Below are positions 39,211-49,460 of a stretch of DNA of 64,000 nucleotides, one piece after another. Below the pieces are notes generated by a model. That model ran no database searches, had not been told where the DNA came from, and saw only the letters and a program-made list of their open reading frames with translations. The translations under genes were made by a program, and so were the position numbers. The stretch is from Patescibacteria group bacterium (GTDB lineage Bacteria; Patescibacteriota; Minisyncoccia; Portnoybacterales; UBA2143). Within the stretch, counting starts at the first letter, position 1, and each line of letters opens with the position of its first letter. The stretch spans positions 386,203-450,202 of the forward strand of contig JAHJSM010000001.1 of NCBI GenBank assembly GCA_018830295.1, read 5' to 3'.

Positions 39211-40668
39211 ATGAAATATCAGTCGGTGATCGGGTTAGAAATTCATAGCGCGTTAAAGACGGAGAGCAAAATGTTCTGCGGCTGTTTTAACGATTTGGAC
39301 GAAACAAAACCTAATACTAATGTTTGTCCTATTTGTATGGGACATCCCGGAACTTTGCCCGTTATCAACCAAAAGGCGGTTGATTGCGTCATTAAGACGG
39401 CGCTGGCTTTGAATTGTCGGGTTCCGAAATCAGCCAAGTTTGACCGCAAAAATTATTTTTATCCAGACATTCCCAAGGGGTATCAGATTTCCCAATATGA
39501 TATGCCATTGTCGTCTGGCGGTTTTTTGGAGATAGACGGGAAAAAAGTAAAGATTACGCGCATCCATTTAGAGGAAGATACTGGTCGTCTTGTTCATTCC
39601 GCCAACGATAACTCTTCTTTGGTTGATTTCAATCGGGCGGGCATACCTCTGATGGAATTAGTGACTGAACCAGATATTGTTTCAGGGGAAGAAGCGCGCC
39701 GTTTTTGCGAAGAACTGCAACTAATTTTGCGTTATCTTTTAGTTTCCGAAGCAAATATGGAAAAGGGGCAAATGCGATGCGAAGTTAATATTTCTTTGAA
39801 AAACGACGGCGAAGAAAACGGGACGAAAGTGGAAATTAAAAATTTAAATTCTTTTCGCGCTGTTGAAAGAGCGGTTGATTATGAAATTAAGAGGCAAGCC
39901 GGATTACTTGACGCGGGAGAAAAGATTATTCAGGAAACAAGAGGGTGGAACGAGAACAAGCAAAAAACTTTTTCGCAAAGGACAAAAGAAACGGCGAAGG
40001 ACTATCGCTATTTCCCCGAGCCGGATTTGCCGCCCTTAACCCAATTAGCGGAGATAAAAAAACGAGTTCAAGAAGAAATTCCAGAATTGCCCCAAGCGAA
40101 AAGAGAAAGATTTGAGAGGGAGTATAATTTGATCAAAGACGATGTTTATATTTTAACCGAGGATAAATTTTTCGCGGATTATTTTGAACAGGTTGTTTCT
40201 GAACTTAAAACATGGCTGAAAATTAAAGAGATTAGCGAAAAACAGCCGTTGGTAAAATTAACGGCGAATTATCTTTTAACCGAATTAAGAAAACTTTTGG
40301 CTGATAATGGAGTTAAAATAGGCGGATGTAAAATTAGCCCGGAGAATTTCGCCGAATTTGTCACTTTAATTCATCAAAAGGAAATTTCCAGTTCGGCCGC
40401 GCAGACCGTTTTGAAAGAGATGTTTAAAACAGGGGAGGATCCCTCTAATATTGTGGAAACGAAAGAGTTAAAACAAGTAAGCGACGAGGGAGATTTGTTA
40501 AAAATAGTTAAGCGAGTTATGTCGGAGAATTCTAAATCAGTTGAGGATTATCGCTCGGGTAAAGAAAATGCTCTCCAATTTTTGGTCGGCAAAGTCATGG
40601 CGGCAAGCAAAGGCCAAGCCAATCCGCAAGTGGCCAGGGAAATATTAAAGAAGGAAATTTCCAATTAG
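39211..40668 (+). CDS. gatB: Asp/Glu-tRNA amidotransferase subunit B
   Basis: MKYQSVIGLEIHSALKTESKMFCGC… GatB N-terminus and a C-terminal YqeY-like tail. Confidence 0.9.
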   Translation: MKYQSVIGLEIHSALKTESKMFCGCFNDLDETKPNTNVCPICMGHPGTLPVINQKAVDCVIKTALALNCRVPKSAKFDRKNYFYPDIPKGYQISQYDMPLSSGGFLEIDGKKVKITRIHLEEDTGRLVHSANDNSSLVDFNRAGIPLMELVTEPDIVSGEEARRFCEELQLILRYLLVSEANMEKGQMRCEVNISLKNDGEENGTKVEIKNLNSFRAVERAVDYEIKRQAGLLDAGEKIIQETRGWNENKQKTFSQRTKETAKDYRYFPEPDLPPLTQLAEIKKRVQEEIPELPQAKRERFEREYNLIKDDVYILTEDKFFADYFEQVVSELKTWLKIKEISEKQPLVKLTANYLLTELRKLLADNGVKIGGCKISPENFAEFVTLIHQKEISSSAAQTVLKEMFKTGEDPSNIVETKELKQVSDEGDLLKIVKRVMSENSKSVEDYRSGKENALQFLVGKVMAASKGQANPQVAREILKKEISN

Positions 40669-41538
40669 TTTTTTTGCCTGGGAGTAATTTTCAATCCATT
40701 GGATTCTTTTGTCTCTTTTGAACCAGGTCATTTGTCTTTTGGCGTATTGGCGAGTATGTGTTTTAACTAAATCTTTCGCTTCTTCAAGAGTGATTTTGTT
40801 TTGAAGATGAGCAATTATTTCTTGGTATCCGATGCTGTCCATTGAAATTATTTTTGAGCCGTATCTTTTGATTAATCCCTTCACTTCCTCTATTAAACCG
40901 GTCTGAATCATTTGATCTGCCCTCTGGGCTATTTTTTTTTCAAGTTTTTCTTTGTCTGGCTTAATTCCTATTTGCAAGACATCAAAAAGCGGTTTCCCTT
41001 TTTTTCTTTGTTGAGAAAAAGGTTTTCCTGTCGCGAGACAGACCTCTACAGCGCGAACAAGGCGTCTTTTGTTTTTGGAATCAATCGCGGCGGCGCAAAC
41101 CGGGTCTAATTTTTTAAGTTTTTCAAACAATTCCGCGTTCTCCATTTTTTCAAGTTTATTTCTCATTTTCGCGTCTGACTCTCCTTTTGGGATTTGGAGA
41201 TTATCAACAATAGATTGGATGTATAATCCTGTTCCGCCGACCAAAAATGGGACATTACCTCTTTTTTGTATATCTTTAATCGCTTTTATAGCCATTTTTT
41301 TGTATTGAGCCAGGGTGAATTTTTCGTCGGGATTAACAACATCAATTAAATGATGAGGAATTCCCTCGGGAACTATTTTGTCGGTCCCAATATCCATTTC
41401 GCGATAAACCTGCCTTGAATCGGCAGAAACAATTTCACCGGAAAATATCTTTGCCAATTTAATAGCCAAACTCGTCTTGCCCGAAGCAGTCGGACCAAGA
41501 ATAACGATTAATTTATTTTGAGAGTATTTACTTGACAT
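40645..41538 (-). CDS. miaA: tRNA dimethylallyltransferase
   Basis: P-loop GPTASGKT and MiaA core homology. Confidence 0.9.
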   Translation of the reverse strand: MSSKYSQNKLIVILGPTASGKTSLAIKLAKIFSGEIVSADSRQVYREMDIGTDKIVPEGIPHHLIDVVNPDEKFTLAQYKKMAIKAIKDIQKRGNVPFLVGGTGLYIQSIVDNLQIPKGESDAKMRNKLEKMENAELFEKLKKLDPVCAAAIDSKNKRRLVRAVEVCLATGKPFSQQRKKGKPLFDVLQIGIKPDKEKLEKKIAQRADQMIQTGLIEEVKGLIKRYGSKIISMDSIGYQEIIAHLQNKITLEEAKDLVKTHTRQYAKRQMTWFKRDKRIQWIENYSQAKKLIGNFLL

Positions 41539-41584
41539 AATTTCAATAATGTGTATACTTTAAATAGTTCATTTTCCTCCCCCT

Positions 41585-41745
41585 TGAACGGCGCCAAGGT
41601 TGGACCTTGGCGCCAAAACCTTATGGAGAGGTTGCCCTTCAAACAAGAACCCGTGGTTCCGCTACGGTGCGTACCCCCTTCTTGCGGGCAATCTCTCCCA
41701 CCCAAGCAACGAAAGCGTCTAAAAAATGGCGCTTTTTTTATTTGA
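41585..41745. other. GC-rich structured noncoding segment (possible small RNA)
   Basis: Perfect 10-bp hairpin GGCGCCAAGG-TTGGA-CCTTGGCGCC, then nested helices GGAGAGG…CTCTCC and TTGCCC…GGGCAA. The local GC content is far above the window average. Confidence 0.25.
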
Positions 41746-41749
41746 ATTT

Positions 41750-41808
41750 GGGGGCTGCCCCCGTTGCGGGGGCAGCCCCCAAATTTAGCCGCGGCGGGGG
41801 CAGCCCCC
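41750..41808. repeat. type B palindromic element plus an extra half
   Basis: GGGGGCTGCCCCCGTTGCGGGGGCAGCCCCC … GCGGCGGGGGCAGCCCCC. Confidence 0.9.
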
Positions 41809-41811
41809 TTT

Positions 41812-42807
41812 TTACTTATTTTGCCTCAAACTCAAAATAATATTCTTTCTTCTTTTCTTTTCCATAAAATGAACATCGTCTTTTAATTTCGCGGCGGCTG
41901 TGTTTGGGCGGGGGGAGTAGGCGGCGGCGTAAATTTGGTAAAAATTGTTTTTCCGAACGATTTTAACTGTGTTTTGGAATTGTTTTTCTGTTTCGCTAGG
42001 GAAGCCGACAATAATGTCGGTTGATAGTTTCGCTTGGGGAATCGCGCGGCGGATTTTTTTAATTAGTTTTTGGCAATCTTCAGCGGTGTATTTTCGGTTC
42101 ATTGCTTTGAGAATTTTATTGTCGCCCGATTGAATCGCCAAATGGATTTCTTTTGAAATTTTTTTGTTTTGAGCGATTATTCTAATCAACTTGTCCGACA
42201 TATCTTTGGGGTGAGAAGTTAAAAACTTAATTTGAAAATCGCCCGGAAGAGCGCAGATTAATTTTAAAAGTTTTTGGAAATTTATTTTTTTGGTTTTATC
42301 TTTGTATGAATTAACATTTTGTCCCAACAAAGTTATTTCTTTGTATCTACTGCTGATTAAGTTTTTAATTTCTTTAATAATTTCTCGCGCGGGGCGGGAA
42401 CTCTCTCTTCCGCGCGTGTAGGGGACGACGCAATAAGAGCAAAAATTGTTACATCCGCTCATAATTGGCAAAAACGCTTCGGATGATGATTTGCATTTTG
42501 GTTTTGTTTGGAAATCTGCGACGGGCCAAATTTCGTTCACTCGGTCTTTTAATTTTTTCTTGTCTTTTTCTAAAATACATCCGGTAAGAATAATTTTCGG
42601 CTTTGGTTTTCGTTCATTTAATATTTTAATTTTGCCGTAAACGCGGTTAATAGCGGATTGTCTGACGGAGCAGGCGTTGATCACAATTAAGTTAGCCAGT
42701 TTAATTTCTTTAACTGGTTTATGTCCCTTCTTTTCTAATTGAGCCGCCAGCCGTTCTGAATCGGACACATTCATTTGGCAACCGTAGGTTAAAATGTAAT
42801 AATTCAT
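41812..42807 (-). CDS. radical-SAM methylthiotransferase (MiaB/RimO family, short, no TRAM domain)
   Basis: N-terminal MTTase Cys triad (GCQMN…C…C) and radical-SAM CxxxCxxC (CNNFCSYC). Adjacent to miaA. Confidence 0.8.
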   Translation of the reverse strand: MNYYILTYGCQMNVSDSERLAAQLEKKGHKPVKEIKLANLIVINACSVRQSAINRVYGKIKILNERKPKPKIILTGCILEKDKKKLKDRVNEIWPVADFQTKPKCKSSSEAFLPIMSGCNNFCSYCVVPYTRGRESSRPAREIIKEIKNLISSRYKEITLLGQNVNSYKDKTKKINFQKLLKLICALPGDFQIKFLTSHPKDMSDKLIRIIAQNKKISKEIHLAIQSGDNKILKAMNRKYTAEDCQKLIKKIRRAIPQAKLSTDIIVGFPSETEKQFQNTVKIVRKNNFYQIYAAAYSPRPNTAAAKLKDDVHFMEKKRRKNIILSLRQNK

Positions 42808-42884
42808 AAAATTCTCTTTGTATCCTATCTAAAAATATAGTATAATACAAGCAGTTAAAATTTAATCATTAAAATTTAAAATTT

Positions 42885-43631
42885 ATGCAAAAAATATATT
42901 TGTCAATTGTTATTCCGGCCTATAACGAAGAAAAAAGCATCGGCAACACTTTGTTGGCGATTGACCATTATTTAAGCAAACAGGATTATGTTTATGAAAT
43001 TGTTGTGGTGAGCGACGGTTCTAAAGATAAAACGGCCCCAATTGTGGAAAAGTTTAGCGGGTTGATTAAGAATTTGCGGCTGATTGATAATAAGGAAAAT
43101 CACGGCAAGGGATGGGTTGTGAGGCAAGGGATGCTGGAGGCGAAGGGCGAGATTCGTCTTTTTACGGACGCGGACAACGCAACGACGATTGACCATTTTG
43201 AAAAAATGGCGCCTCTTTTCAAGGAGGGCTATCAGGTAGTAATTGGCTCGCGCGATAATAAGGACGCGAAAGGCGCCAAGCAAGCTGTTCCGCAGTCGTT
43301 TTTGAAAAGGCAATTGGGCAATTTGGGGAATGTTTTGATTCAGTTAGTGGCTGTTCCTGGCGTTTGGGACACTCAATGCGGATTTAAGGCGTTCACGGCG
43401 GAAGCGGCGGATAATGTTTTTAAGCGTTGTTTGATTGACAAATGGGGGTTTGATATTGAGGCGCTGGCTCTAACTCGCAAATTTGGTTATCGCATGGGGA
43501 TTATTCCGGTTTATTGGATTAATAATCCTAATAGCCGCGTTAGTTTAAAGGGATACTTGAACACATTCAGAGAATTGTTTAAAATTAGGTGGAATTTAAT
43601 TAGGGGAAGATATGATCAAAAAGAAAATTAA
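42885..43631 (+). CDS. family 2 glycosyltransferase (polyprenol-phosphate sugar transferase-like)
   Basis: LSIVIPAYNEE… GT2 N-terminus and a DxD-type motif (DAD). Confidence 0.8.
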   Translation: MQKIYLSIVIPAYNEEKSIGNTLLAIDHYLSKQDYVYEIVVVSDGSKDKTAPIVEKFSGLIKNLRLIDNKENHGKGWVVRQGMLEAKGEIRLFTDADNATTIDHFEKMAPLFKEGYQVVIGSRDNKDAKGAKQAVPQSFLKRQLGNLGNVLIQLVAVPGVWDTQCGFKAFTAEAADNVFKRCLIDKWGFDIEALALTRKFGYRMGIIPVYWINNPNSRVSLKGYLNTFRELFKIRWNLIRGRYDQKEN

Positions 43632-44619
43632 AAGCAAATTTCCTTCGGAACTGCGGATGGATTTGGTCTCCAATGACTGGGTCGTGATCGCGACCGGTCG
43701 GAGTCGTCGTCCAAGCAGTTTTGCTAAACAGGAAAGAAACAAAAAAGTTGTCTCGAAAAAGGACTGTCCTTTTTGCCAACCAGAAAACATTAAAGATGTT
43801 ATCGCTAAGCGCGAACATAATGGCGATTCATGGTTTGTGATTTCAATTCCCAATAAGTTTCCCGCTTTTTCAGAAGGTGACGATCTGGGTCAGCGGAAAG
43901 AAGGGCCTAATCGGATTATCAATGGTTTTGGGTATCATGAAGTGATTATTACTGCTCCTCACGAGAGACCGCTCGCGCTTTTTTCGTTGGAAGAAACAAT
44001 GATGGTCGTTGACCTTTATCAAGCGCGATATTTGGATTTAATGAACAAAAAATTTATTAAATATATTTCTATTTTCCACAACCACGGGCGTGAGGCGGGC
44101 GCTTCGGTTTCTCATCCTCACTCTCAACTCTTGGCCATTCCTGTGATAGATCCAGATTTAAGAGGGAGTTTGGACGGCGCGGAGGCATTTTACACGAGTC
44201 AAGGAAAATGCGTTTATTGTACGATGCTTGATTGGGATATTAGAGATGGCCGTCGCGTTGTTTATGAAAACGAGAAATTTGTTGTTCTTTGTCCTTTCGC
44301 TTCGCAGGTCGCTTTTGAGACAAGAATTTATCCAAAAGAGCACCAATCGTATTTTGAAAGAATTACCGAGAGTGAGAAGAAACTTTTTGCCGACGCTTTG
44401 CGAACGGCTTTGAGCAAAATTCACAAAGGCCTCAATGACCCCGCCTATAATTTTTATATCCACACTGCCCCCTCTGACAAAGCGAATTATGACCATTACC
44501 ATTGGCATTTGAATATCTTTCCAAAAACATCAACCTGGGCGGGGTTTGAATTGGGCGCTGGTATAGAAATTAGCACGATTGAACCAGAAAAAGCGGCAGA
44601 GTTTTTGAGGAAACAGTAA
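43612..44619 (+). CDS. galactose-1-phosphate uridylyltransferase-like (HIT superfamily)
   Basis: Zinc site CPFC and the HPHSQ nucleotidyl-histidine motif. Confidence 0.7.
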   Translation: MIKKKIKSKFPSELRMDLVSNDWVVIATGRSRRPSSFAKQERNKKVVSKKDCPFCQPENIKDVIAKREHNGDSWFVISIPNKFPAFSEGDDLGQRKEGPNRIINGFGYHEVIITAPHERPLALFSLEETMMVVDLYQARYLDLMNKKFIKYISIFHNHGREAGASVSHPHSQLLAIPVIDPDLRGSLDGAEAFYTSQGKCVYCTMLDWDIRDGRRVVYENEKFVVLCPFASQVAFETRIYPKEHQSYFERITESEKKLFADALRTALSKIHKGLNDPAYNFYIHTAPSDKANYDHYHWHLNIFPKTSTWAGFELGAGIEISTIEPEKAAEFLRKQ

Positions 44620-44628
44620 TTTTAAGAT

Positions 44629-45246
44629 ATGATTTTAGAATCTCTTGCTAATTTTGTTGTTAACGCCGTCGCGTCCTTGGGCTATTGGGGCATTGCTTTT
44701 TTTATGGCTGTTGAGAGTTCTTTTATTCCTTTTCCATCAGAAATCATTGTTCCGCCGGCCGCTTATTTAGCGCAACAAGGCGAGATGAATATTTTTTTAG
44801 TGATTTTGGCTGGAGTTATTGGCAGTTTATTGGGCGCGCTCATCAACTATTTTTTAGCGCTAACCTTAGGAAGAAAAGTTATTTACGGGTTGGCGAGAAG
44901 CAGGTTTGCCAAATTCTTTTTAATTAACGGAGAGAAATTAGAAAAGGCGGAAAAATATTTTCTAAAATACGGCAACAGTTCAACTCTTATTTGTCGGTTC
45001 GTTCCCGGAGTAAGGCAATTGGTTTCTATTCCGGCCGGTTTTTCAAAAATGAATTTTAAGAGTTTTGTTTTTTACACCTCGCTCGGCTCCGCAATTTGGG
45101 TTATGATTTTAGCCGCCCTGGGCTGGTTTTTCGGAGCGAATCAAGAATTGCTTACGAGATATTACAAAGAAATTTCCTTATTCTTTATCTTAGTATTTTT
45201 CGTTTTTATCGTATTTATTATCTTTCGCAAAAACAACAATAAATGA
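44629..45246 (+). CDS. DedA/SNARE-associated family membrane protein
   Basis: Multi-TM protein with a DedA-like core (…RFVPGVRQLVSIPAG…). Confidence 0.7.
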   Translation: MILESLANFVVNAVASLGYWGIAFFMAVESSFIPFPSEIIVPPAAYLAQQGEMNIFLVILAGVIGSLLGALINYFLALTLGRKVIYGLARSRFAKFFLINGEKLEKAEKYFLKYGNSSTLICRFVPGVRQLVSIPAGFSKMNFKSFVFYTSLGSAIWVMILAALGWFFGANQELLTRYYKEISLFFILVFFVFIVFIIFRKNNNK

Positions 45247-46022
45247 GCAAGGAACCATTAATCATCGCGAATTGGAAATGCAACCCGGCTTCAAAAAAAG
45301 AAGCAGAGCATCTTTTTGGCGTTTTAAAAAAAGAATTGAGAAGAATAAAAAAGACAGAGGTGGTTATCTGCCCGCCATTTATTTTTTCTTCATTGTTTCC
45401 TGCTCGCTGTTCGTTGAAATTGGGGGGTCAGAATTGCTTCTGGGAAAACAGAGGAGCTTTTACGGGAGAGGTTTCTCCTTTGATGCTTAAAAATTTAGGA
45501 TGCGAGTTTGTGATTATCGGCCATTCAGAAAGAAAGAAATATTTTCAGGAAAGCGATCTAATTATCAATAAAAAACTAAAAGCGGTTTTGAAAAATCGCC
45601 TTCAGCCCATTTTGTGCGTTGGCGAAGAGGCGAGAGACGCTTTTACCGCAGAAGGCAAACCGCTCAACGAAATGAGTTTGGTCGTGGGCGAACAAGTTGA
45701 AAAGGGCCTAAGCGGAATTTCTTCTTCCCGTTTGGGTGAAATCGTTATTGCCTACGAGCCGGTTTGGGCGATTGGGACGGGAATGCCTTGTTTGCCAAAT
45801 GACGCAATGAAAGCAGCTTTGCTTATTAGAAAAACGCTCACAAATCTCTATAGCAGAAACATCGCCGAAAAAGTCAGGATAATTTACGGAGGGAGCGTCA
45901 ACAGTCAAAACGCGTCCGACTATACCAAAGGAGCTGCGATGAACGGTCTGCTTATTGGCGGCGCCTCTCTTAACGCCAGCGAGTTTGTAAAGATTGTCAA
46001 AGATGTGGAGGAAATTTTATGA
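45243..46022 (+). CDS. tpiA: triosephosphate isomerase
   Basis: IIANWKCN, GHSERK and AYEPVWAIGTG motifs. Confidence 0.9.
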   Translation: MSKEPLIIANWKCNPASKKEAEHLFGVLKKELRRIKKTEVVICPPFIFSSLFPARCSLKLGGQNCFWENRGAFTGEVSPLMLKNLGCEFVIIGHSERKKYFQESDLIINKKLKAVLKNRLQPILCVGEEARDAFTAEGKPLNEMSLVVGEQVEKGLSGISSSRLGEIVIAYEPVWAIGTGMPCLPNDAMKAALLIRKTLTNLYSRNIAEKVRIIYGGSVNSQNASDYTKGAAMNGLLIGGASLNASEFVKIVKDVEEIL

Positions 46023-47176
46023 AAACAGTTCGCGATTTTAATTTTAAGAACAAAAAAGTTCTTTTGAGGGCTGATTTTAACGAGCCGTTAAAAGACGGAG
46101 AGTTGACCAGTGATTTTAGAATTAAAGCTGTTTTGCCAACGATTAAATATTTGGTTAAAGAAGGCGCGAAAGTAATTTTATTAACCCATTTGGGGCGTCC
46201 CAAGGGCAATATGGTAAAACAATTAAGAGTTGACCCGGTTGGAAAAAGAATTTCGCGATTATTAAACAAGCCCGTTAAAAAACTTAATGATTGCATTGGC
46301 GAGAAGGTTGAAAAAGAGATTAAAGAAATGGCGGCGGGGGATTTAATTCTTTTAGAGAATGTTCAATTTCATGATGGGGAAATAGAAAACAGCCCCGATT
46401 TTGTCGGCTCTTTAGCTAATTTGGCGGATATTTTTGTCATGGACGCCTTTGGGCAATCTCATCGCGATTACGCGTCCATTAGCGGTTTGTCAAAAAAAAT
46501 GCCCAGTTGCGCGGGCTTGCTTTTGGAAAAAGAAGTAAAAGTTCTTTCAGATGTTTTAAATAACGCGGACCATCCATTAGTGGTGATTATCGGCGGTGTA
46601 AAAATTTCAACTAAAATTAAGGTGATTGAGAAATTTTTAGAAAAAGCGGACGATATTCTTCTTGGTGGAGCTTTAGCGAATACAGTCATTAGCGCCAAAG
46701 GATTTGCTATTGGCCGTTCAATCTCGGAAGAAAGCATGGTAAAAGAGGTTAAAAAACTGCAACTGACTAATACAAAACTTCATATTCCTGTAGATGTTGT
46801 TGTTTCGACCGATCCGTTGGGTGGCGCCGATAAGCGGATTGCTCCTGTTGGAAATATTGGAGAGAATGAAATGATTTTAGATATCGGAATAGATACAAGT
46901 TATATTTTTAATAAGATTATCTCTCAAGCCAAAACAATTATTTGGAACGGTCCAATGGGGCTTTTCGAGGTGAATAAATTTGCGGCGGGCAGTCAGGAAA
47001 CAGCCCGCGCTATTATTCGGAGCAAGGGCTTCGCGCTTGCTGGTGGCGGCGACACGATAACTCTCTTGGAACAATTAGGTTTAATGAGTAAGATGGACCA
47101 TATTTCCACCGGCGGAGGAGCGATGCTTGAATTTTTAACAGGAGCAAAGTTGCCAGGGATTGAAGCGCTAAAATAA
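46019..47176 (+). CDS. pgk: phosphoglycerate kinase
   Basis: …RADFNEP…, …THLGRPKG… and a C-terminal GGGA(M/S)LEF motif. Confidence 0.95.
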   Translation: MKTVRDFNFKNKKVLLRADFNEPLKDGELTSDFRIKAVLPTIKYLVKEGAKVILLTHLGRPKGNMVKQLRVDPVGKRISRLLNKPVKKLNDCIGEKVEKEIKEMAAGDLILLENVQFHDGEIENSPDFVGSLANLADIFVMDAFGQSHRDYASISGLSKKMPSCAGLLLEKEVKVLSDVLNNADHPLVVIIGGVKISTKIKVIEKFLEKADDILLGGALANTVISAKGFAIGRSISEESMVKEVKKLQLTNTKLHIPVDVVVSTDPLGGADKRIAPVGNIGENEMILDIGIDTSYIFNKIISQAKTIIWNGPMGLFEVNKFAAGSQETARAIIRSKGFALAGGGDTITLLEQLGLMSKMDHISTGGGAMLEFLTGAKLPGIEALK

Positions 47177-47188
47177 TTTTTAAATCTT

Positions 47189-48943
47189 ATGGAATGGAAA
47201 CTTAAACCAACGCCGCCGAGCGGTTTTTTTAAAAAATTTCCTGAATATTCTTCTCTAACCGCGCGGCTTCTTTATGCGCGCGGGTTGAAAACGCAAAGAG
47301 AAATAGATGAATTTTTTAATTCTGATTATGAAGAGGACATTCATAATCCTTTTTTGCTAAAAGGGATGAAAAAAGCAGTTAAGCGCGTTTTACAGGCGGT
47401 TGAAAAAGAAGAGAAGATCTTAATTTACGGCGATTTTGACGCTGATGGCGTTTGTTCAACGGCCATTTTGTGTCTAACGCTCAAACATTTAGGAGTTAAA
47501 AAACTGAAAATTTATATTCCTGATAGAGAAAAAGAAAATCACGGCTTGAATAAAAAAGCGATTAAAGAATTCTCGAAAGAGGGAGTGAATTTAATTATTA
47601 CGGTTGATTGCGGCAGCACCGATTTAAAGGAAGTCAGTTTGGCGAATTCTTTGGGAATGGATGTCATTATTACCGACCATCACGAATTAAGAGATGAATT
47701 GCCAAAGACGGTCGCGATTATTAATTCTCTGCAAAAAGGAGATAAATATCCATTTAAGAAATTGTGCGGCGCGGGCATCGCGTATAAACTGGCTTGCGCG
47801 CTTTTATCCTCAAATGAGACTTTTAAAAAATGGCTTCTTGATTTAACGGCGATCGCGACTGTTTCTGATGTAATGCCGATTGTCGGAGAAAATAGAACTT
47901 TGGTTAAATATGGTTTGGGCGTTTTGGCGCAAACAAAATGGCTCGGTCTTCAAGAATTAATGAAGGTCTCGCAGATAGACCCGCTCATCACAAAGCCCTC
48001 TTTAAACGGAGAAGCGCCTCTGACAAATCTTGATACAAGAACAATTGGTTTTGTTATAGGCCCGCGACTAAACGCCGCCAGCAGGATGGACCACGCCAAT
48101 AGCGCCCTTCGCCTTTTAATTACGAAAAATAAAAGGGAAGCGATGGAATTGGCGGCGCAAATTAATCAAAATAATTCCGCGAGGCAAAATTTAACCACAA
48201 AAATTGTTCAAGAAGTAGAAAAGTGTATTTTGGAAAAAGAAAAAAAGGGTAAAAGCTCTAAATTAATTTTTGAAGGCAGCGCAGAATGGCCGGTCGGGTT
48301 GGTTGGTTTAATTGCTGGAAAAATCGCTTCAAAATATTGCCGTCCGGCGTTTATTTATCATCAGGCGGGCGAATTAATTCACGCTTCAGGCCGAAGCGCT
48401 TCGCAAGTTGACTTAGTAGGCGTTATCAAGCAAGGAAGTGATTTTCTTGACGATTATGGTGGACATAAAGACGCGGCTGGATTTAGAATGAAAAAGAAAA
48501 ATCTTAAAAAAGCGAAAGATTTTTTTAAAAAAATAGTTGAGAAAGAATTGAAAGGCAAAGAGTTGATTGCTTCGCTTGAAATTGACGCGGAATTATCTCT
48601 TCGCGAAATGAATTGGCAGACCTATGACGAAATTCAAAAATTTACTCCTTTTGGCAGAGGTAATTTAGAACCAAGATTTAGCGCGAAAGGAATGGAAATT
48701 AGCGAAATTAGAACAGTTGGCAACGGTGACAAGCACTTGAAACTGTCTTTAATGATGTTTGACAGCGAGCAGAAAAAAGCTAAAAATTTCAAAGCGATCG
48801 CTTTCGGATTAGGCGAGCGAGGCGAGCATCTTAAAAAAGGCGACTCGGTTGATATCGTTTTTGAATTTATTATCAACGAATGGAACGGATGCCGGGAGTT
48901 GGAATTAAAAGTGGTGGATATTAAAAATACAAAAAACTTATGA
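47189..48943 (+). CDS. RecJ-like single-stranded-DNA exonuclease (DHH/DHHA1)
   Basis: DHH motifs DFDADGV, ITVDCGS and ITDHHE. Confidence 0.8.
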   Translation: MEWKLKPTPPSGFFKKFPEYSSLTARLLYARGLKTQREIDEFFNSDYEEDIHNPFLLKGMKKAVKRVLQAVEKEEKILIYGDFDADGVCSTAILCLTLKHLGVKKLKIYIPDREKENHGLNKKAIKEFSKEGVNLIITVDCGSTDLKEVSLANSLGMDVIITDHHELRDELPKTVAIINSLQKGDKYPFKKLCGAGIAYKLACALLSSNETFKKWLLDLTAIATVSDVMPIVGENRTLVKYGLGVLAQTKWLGLQELMKVSQIDPLITKPSLNGEAPLTNLDTRTIGFVIGPRLNAASRMDHANSALRLLITKNKREAMELAAQINQNNSARQNLTTKIVQEVEKCILEKEKKGKSSKLIFEGSAEWPVGLVGLIAGKIASKYCRPAFIYHQAGELIHASGRSASQVDLVGVIKQGSDFLDDYGGHKDAAGFRMKKKNLKKAKDFFKKIVEKELKGKELIASLEIDAELSLREMNWQTYDEIQKFTPFGRGNLEPRFSAKGMEISEIRTVGNGDKHLKLSLMMFDSEQKKAKNFKAIAFGLGERGEHLKKGDSVDIVFEFIINEWNGCRELELKVVDIKNTKNL

Positions 48944-49374
48944 AAATTAAAATTTATACCGATGGCGGGTCGCGGGGAAATCCGGGACCGTCGGCGATTG
49001 GCGTTGTTATTATCCAAGAAGGAGAAGCGTCAAAAAAATATGGAGAATATATCGGGGAGGGGACGAACAATCAAGCCGAATACAAAGCGGTTATTTTCGC
49101 TTTGAAAAAAGTTAAACAATTATTTGGCAAGCAAAAAGCGAAAGGAGCGGAAATAACCGTTCTTTCGGACAGTGAATTATTAGTTAAACATATAAATCAC
49201 CAATACAAAATCAAAGAGGGCGAACTTCAGTCGCTTTTCTTAGAGGTTTGGAACCTAATGCTCGATTTCAACCAAGTCAATTTCCAACACACTCTCCGCG
49301 GAGGGAACAAAGAAGCCGACGAAATGGTCAACCGCGCCTTAGATGAGAAATCAAACAAACAAACGCTTCTGTAA
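48940..49374 (+). CDS. rnhA: ribonuclease HI
   Basis: IYTDGGSRGNPGPSA…, E/D catalytic residues, …TNNQAEY…. Confidence 0.85.
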   Translation: MKIKIYTDGGSRGNPGPSAIGVVIIQEGEASKKYGEYIGEGTNNQAEYKAVIFALKKVKQLFGKQKAKGAEITVLSDSELLVKHINHQYKIKEGELQSLFLEVWNLMLDFNQVNFQHTLRGGNKEADEMVNRALDEKSNKQTLL

Positions 49375-49381
49375 CTAAGAT

Positions 49382-49412
49382 GGGGGCTGCCCCCGCGGCG
49401 GGGGCAGCCCCC
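49382..49412. repeat. type B palindromic element
   Basis: GGGGGCTGCCCCCGCGGCGGGGGCAGCCCCC, upstream of rnpB. Confidence 0.9.
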
Positions 49413-49426
49413 AGTCGCAATTGGGG

Positions 49427-49454
49427 TTGACAGAGGGTGGGGGTGTGGTATTAT
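49427..49454 (+). promoter_or_regulatory. promoter (TTGACA-16/17-TATTAT) for RNase P RNA
   Basis: The -10 box lies ~7 nt upstream of the P1 5' strand. Confidence 0.55.
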
Positions 49455-49460
49455 GGGGAG

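Noticed and set aside
41585-41745. SRP (4.5S) RNA or 6S RNA identity for the structured GC-rich segment
   Set aside because: I could not find the GNRA-capped domain IV motif (…GGAA…AGCAGCC…) or a 6S central bubble on either strand. It is left as an unassigned candidate ncRNA.
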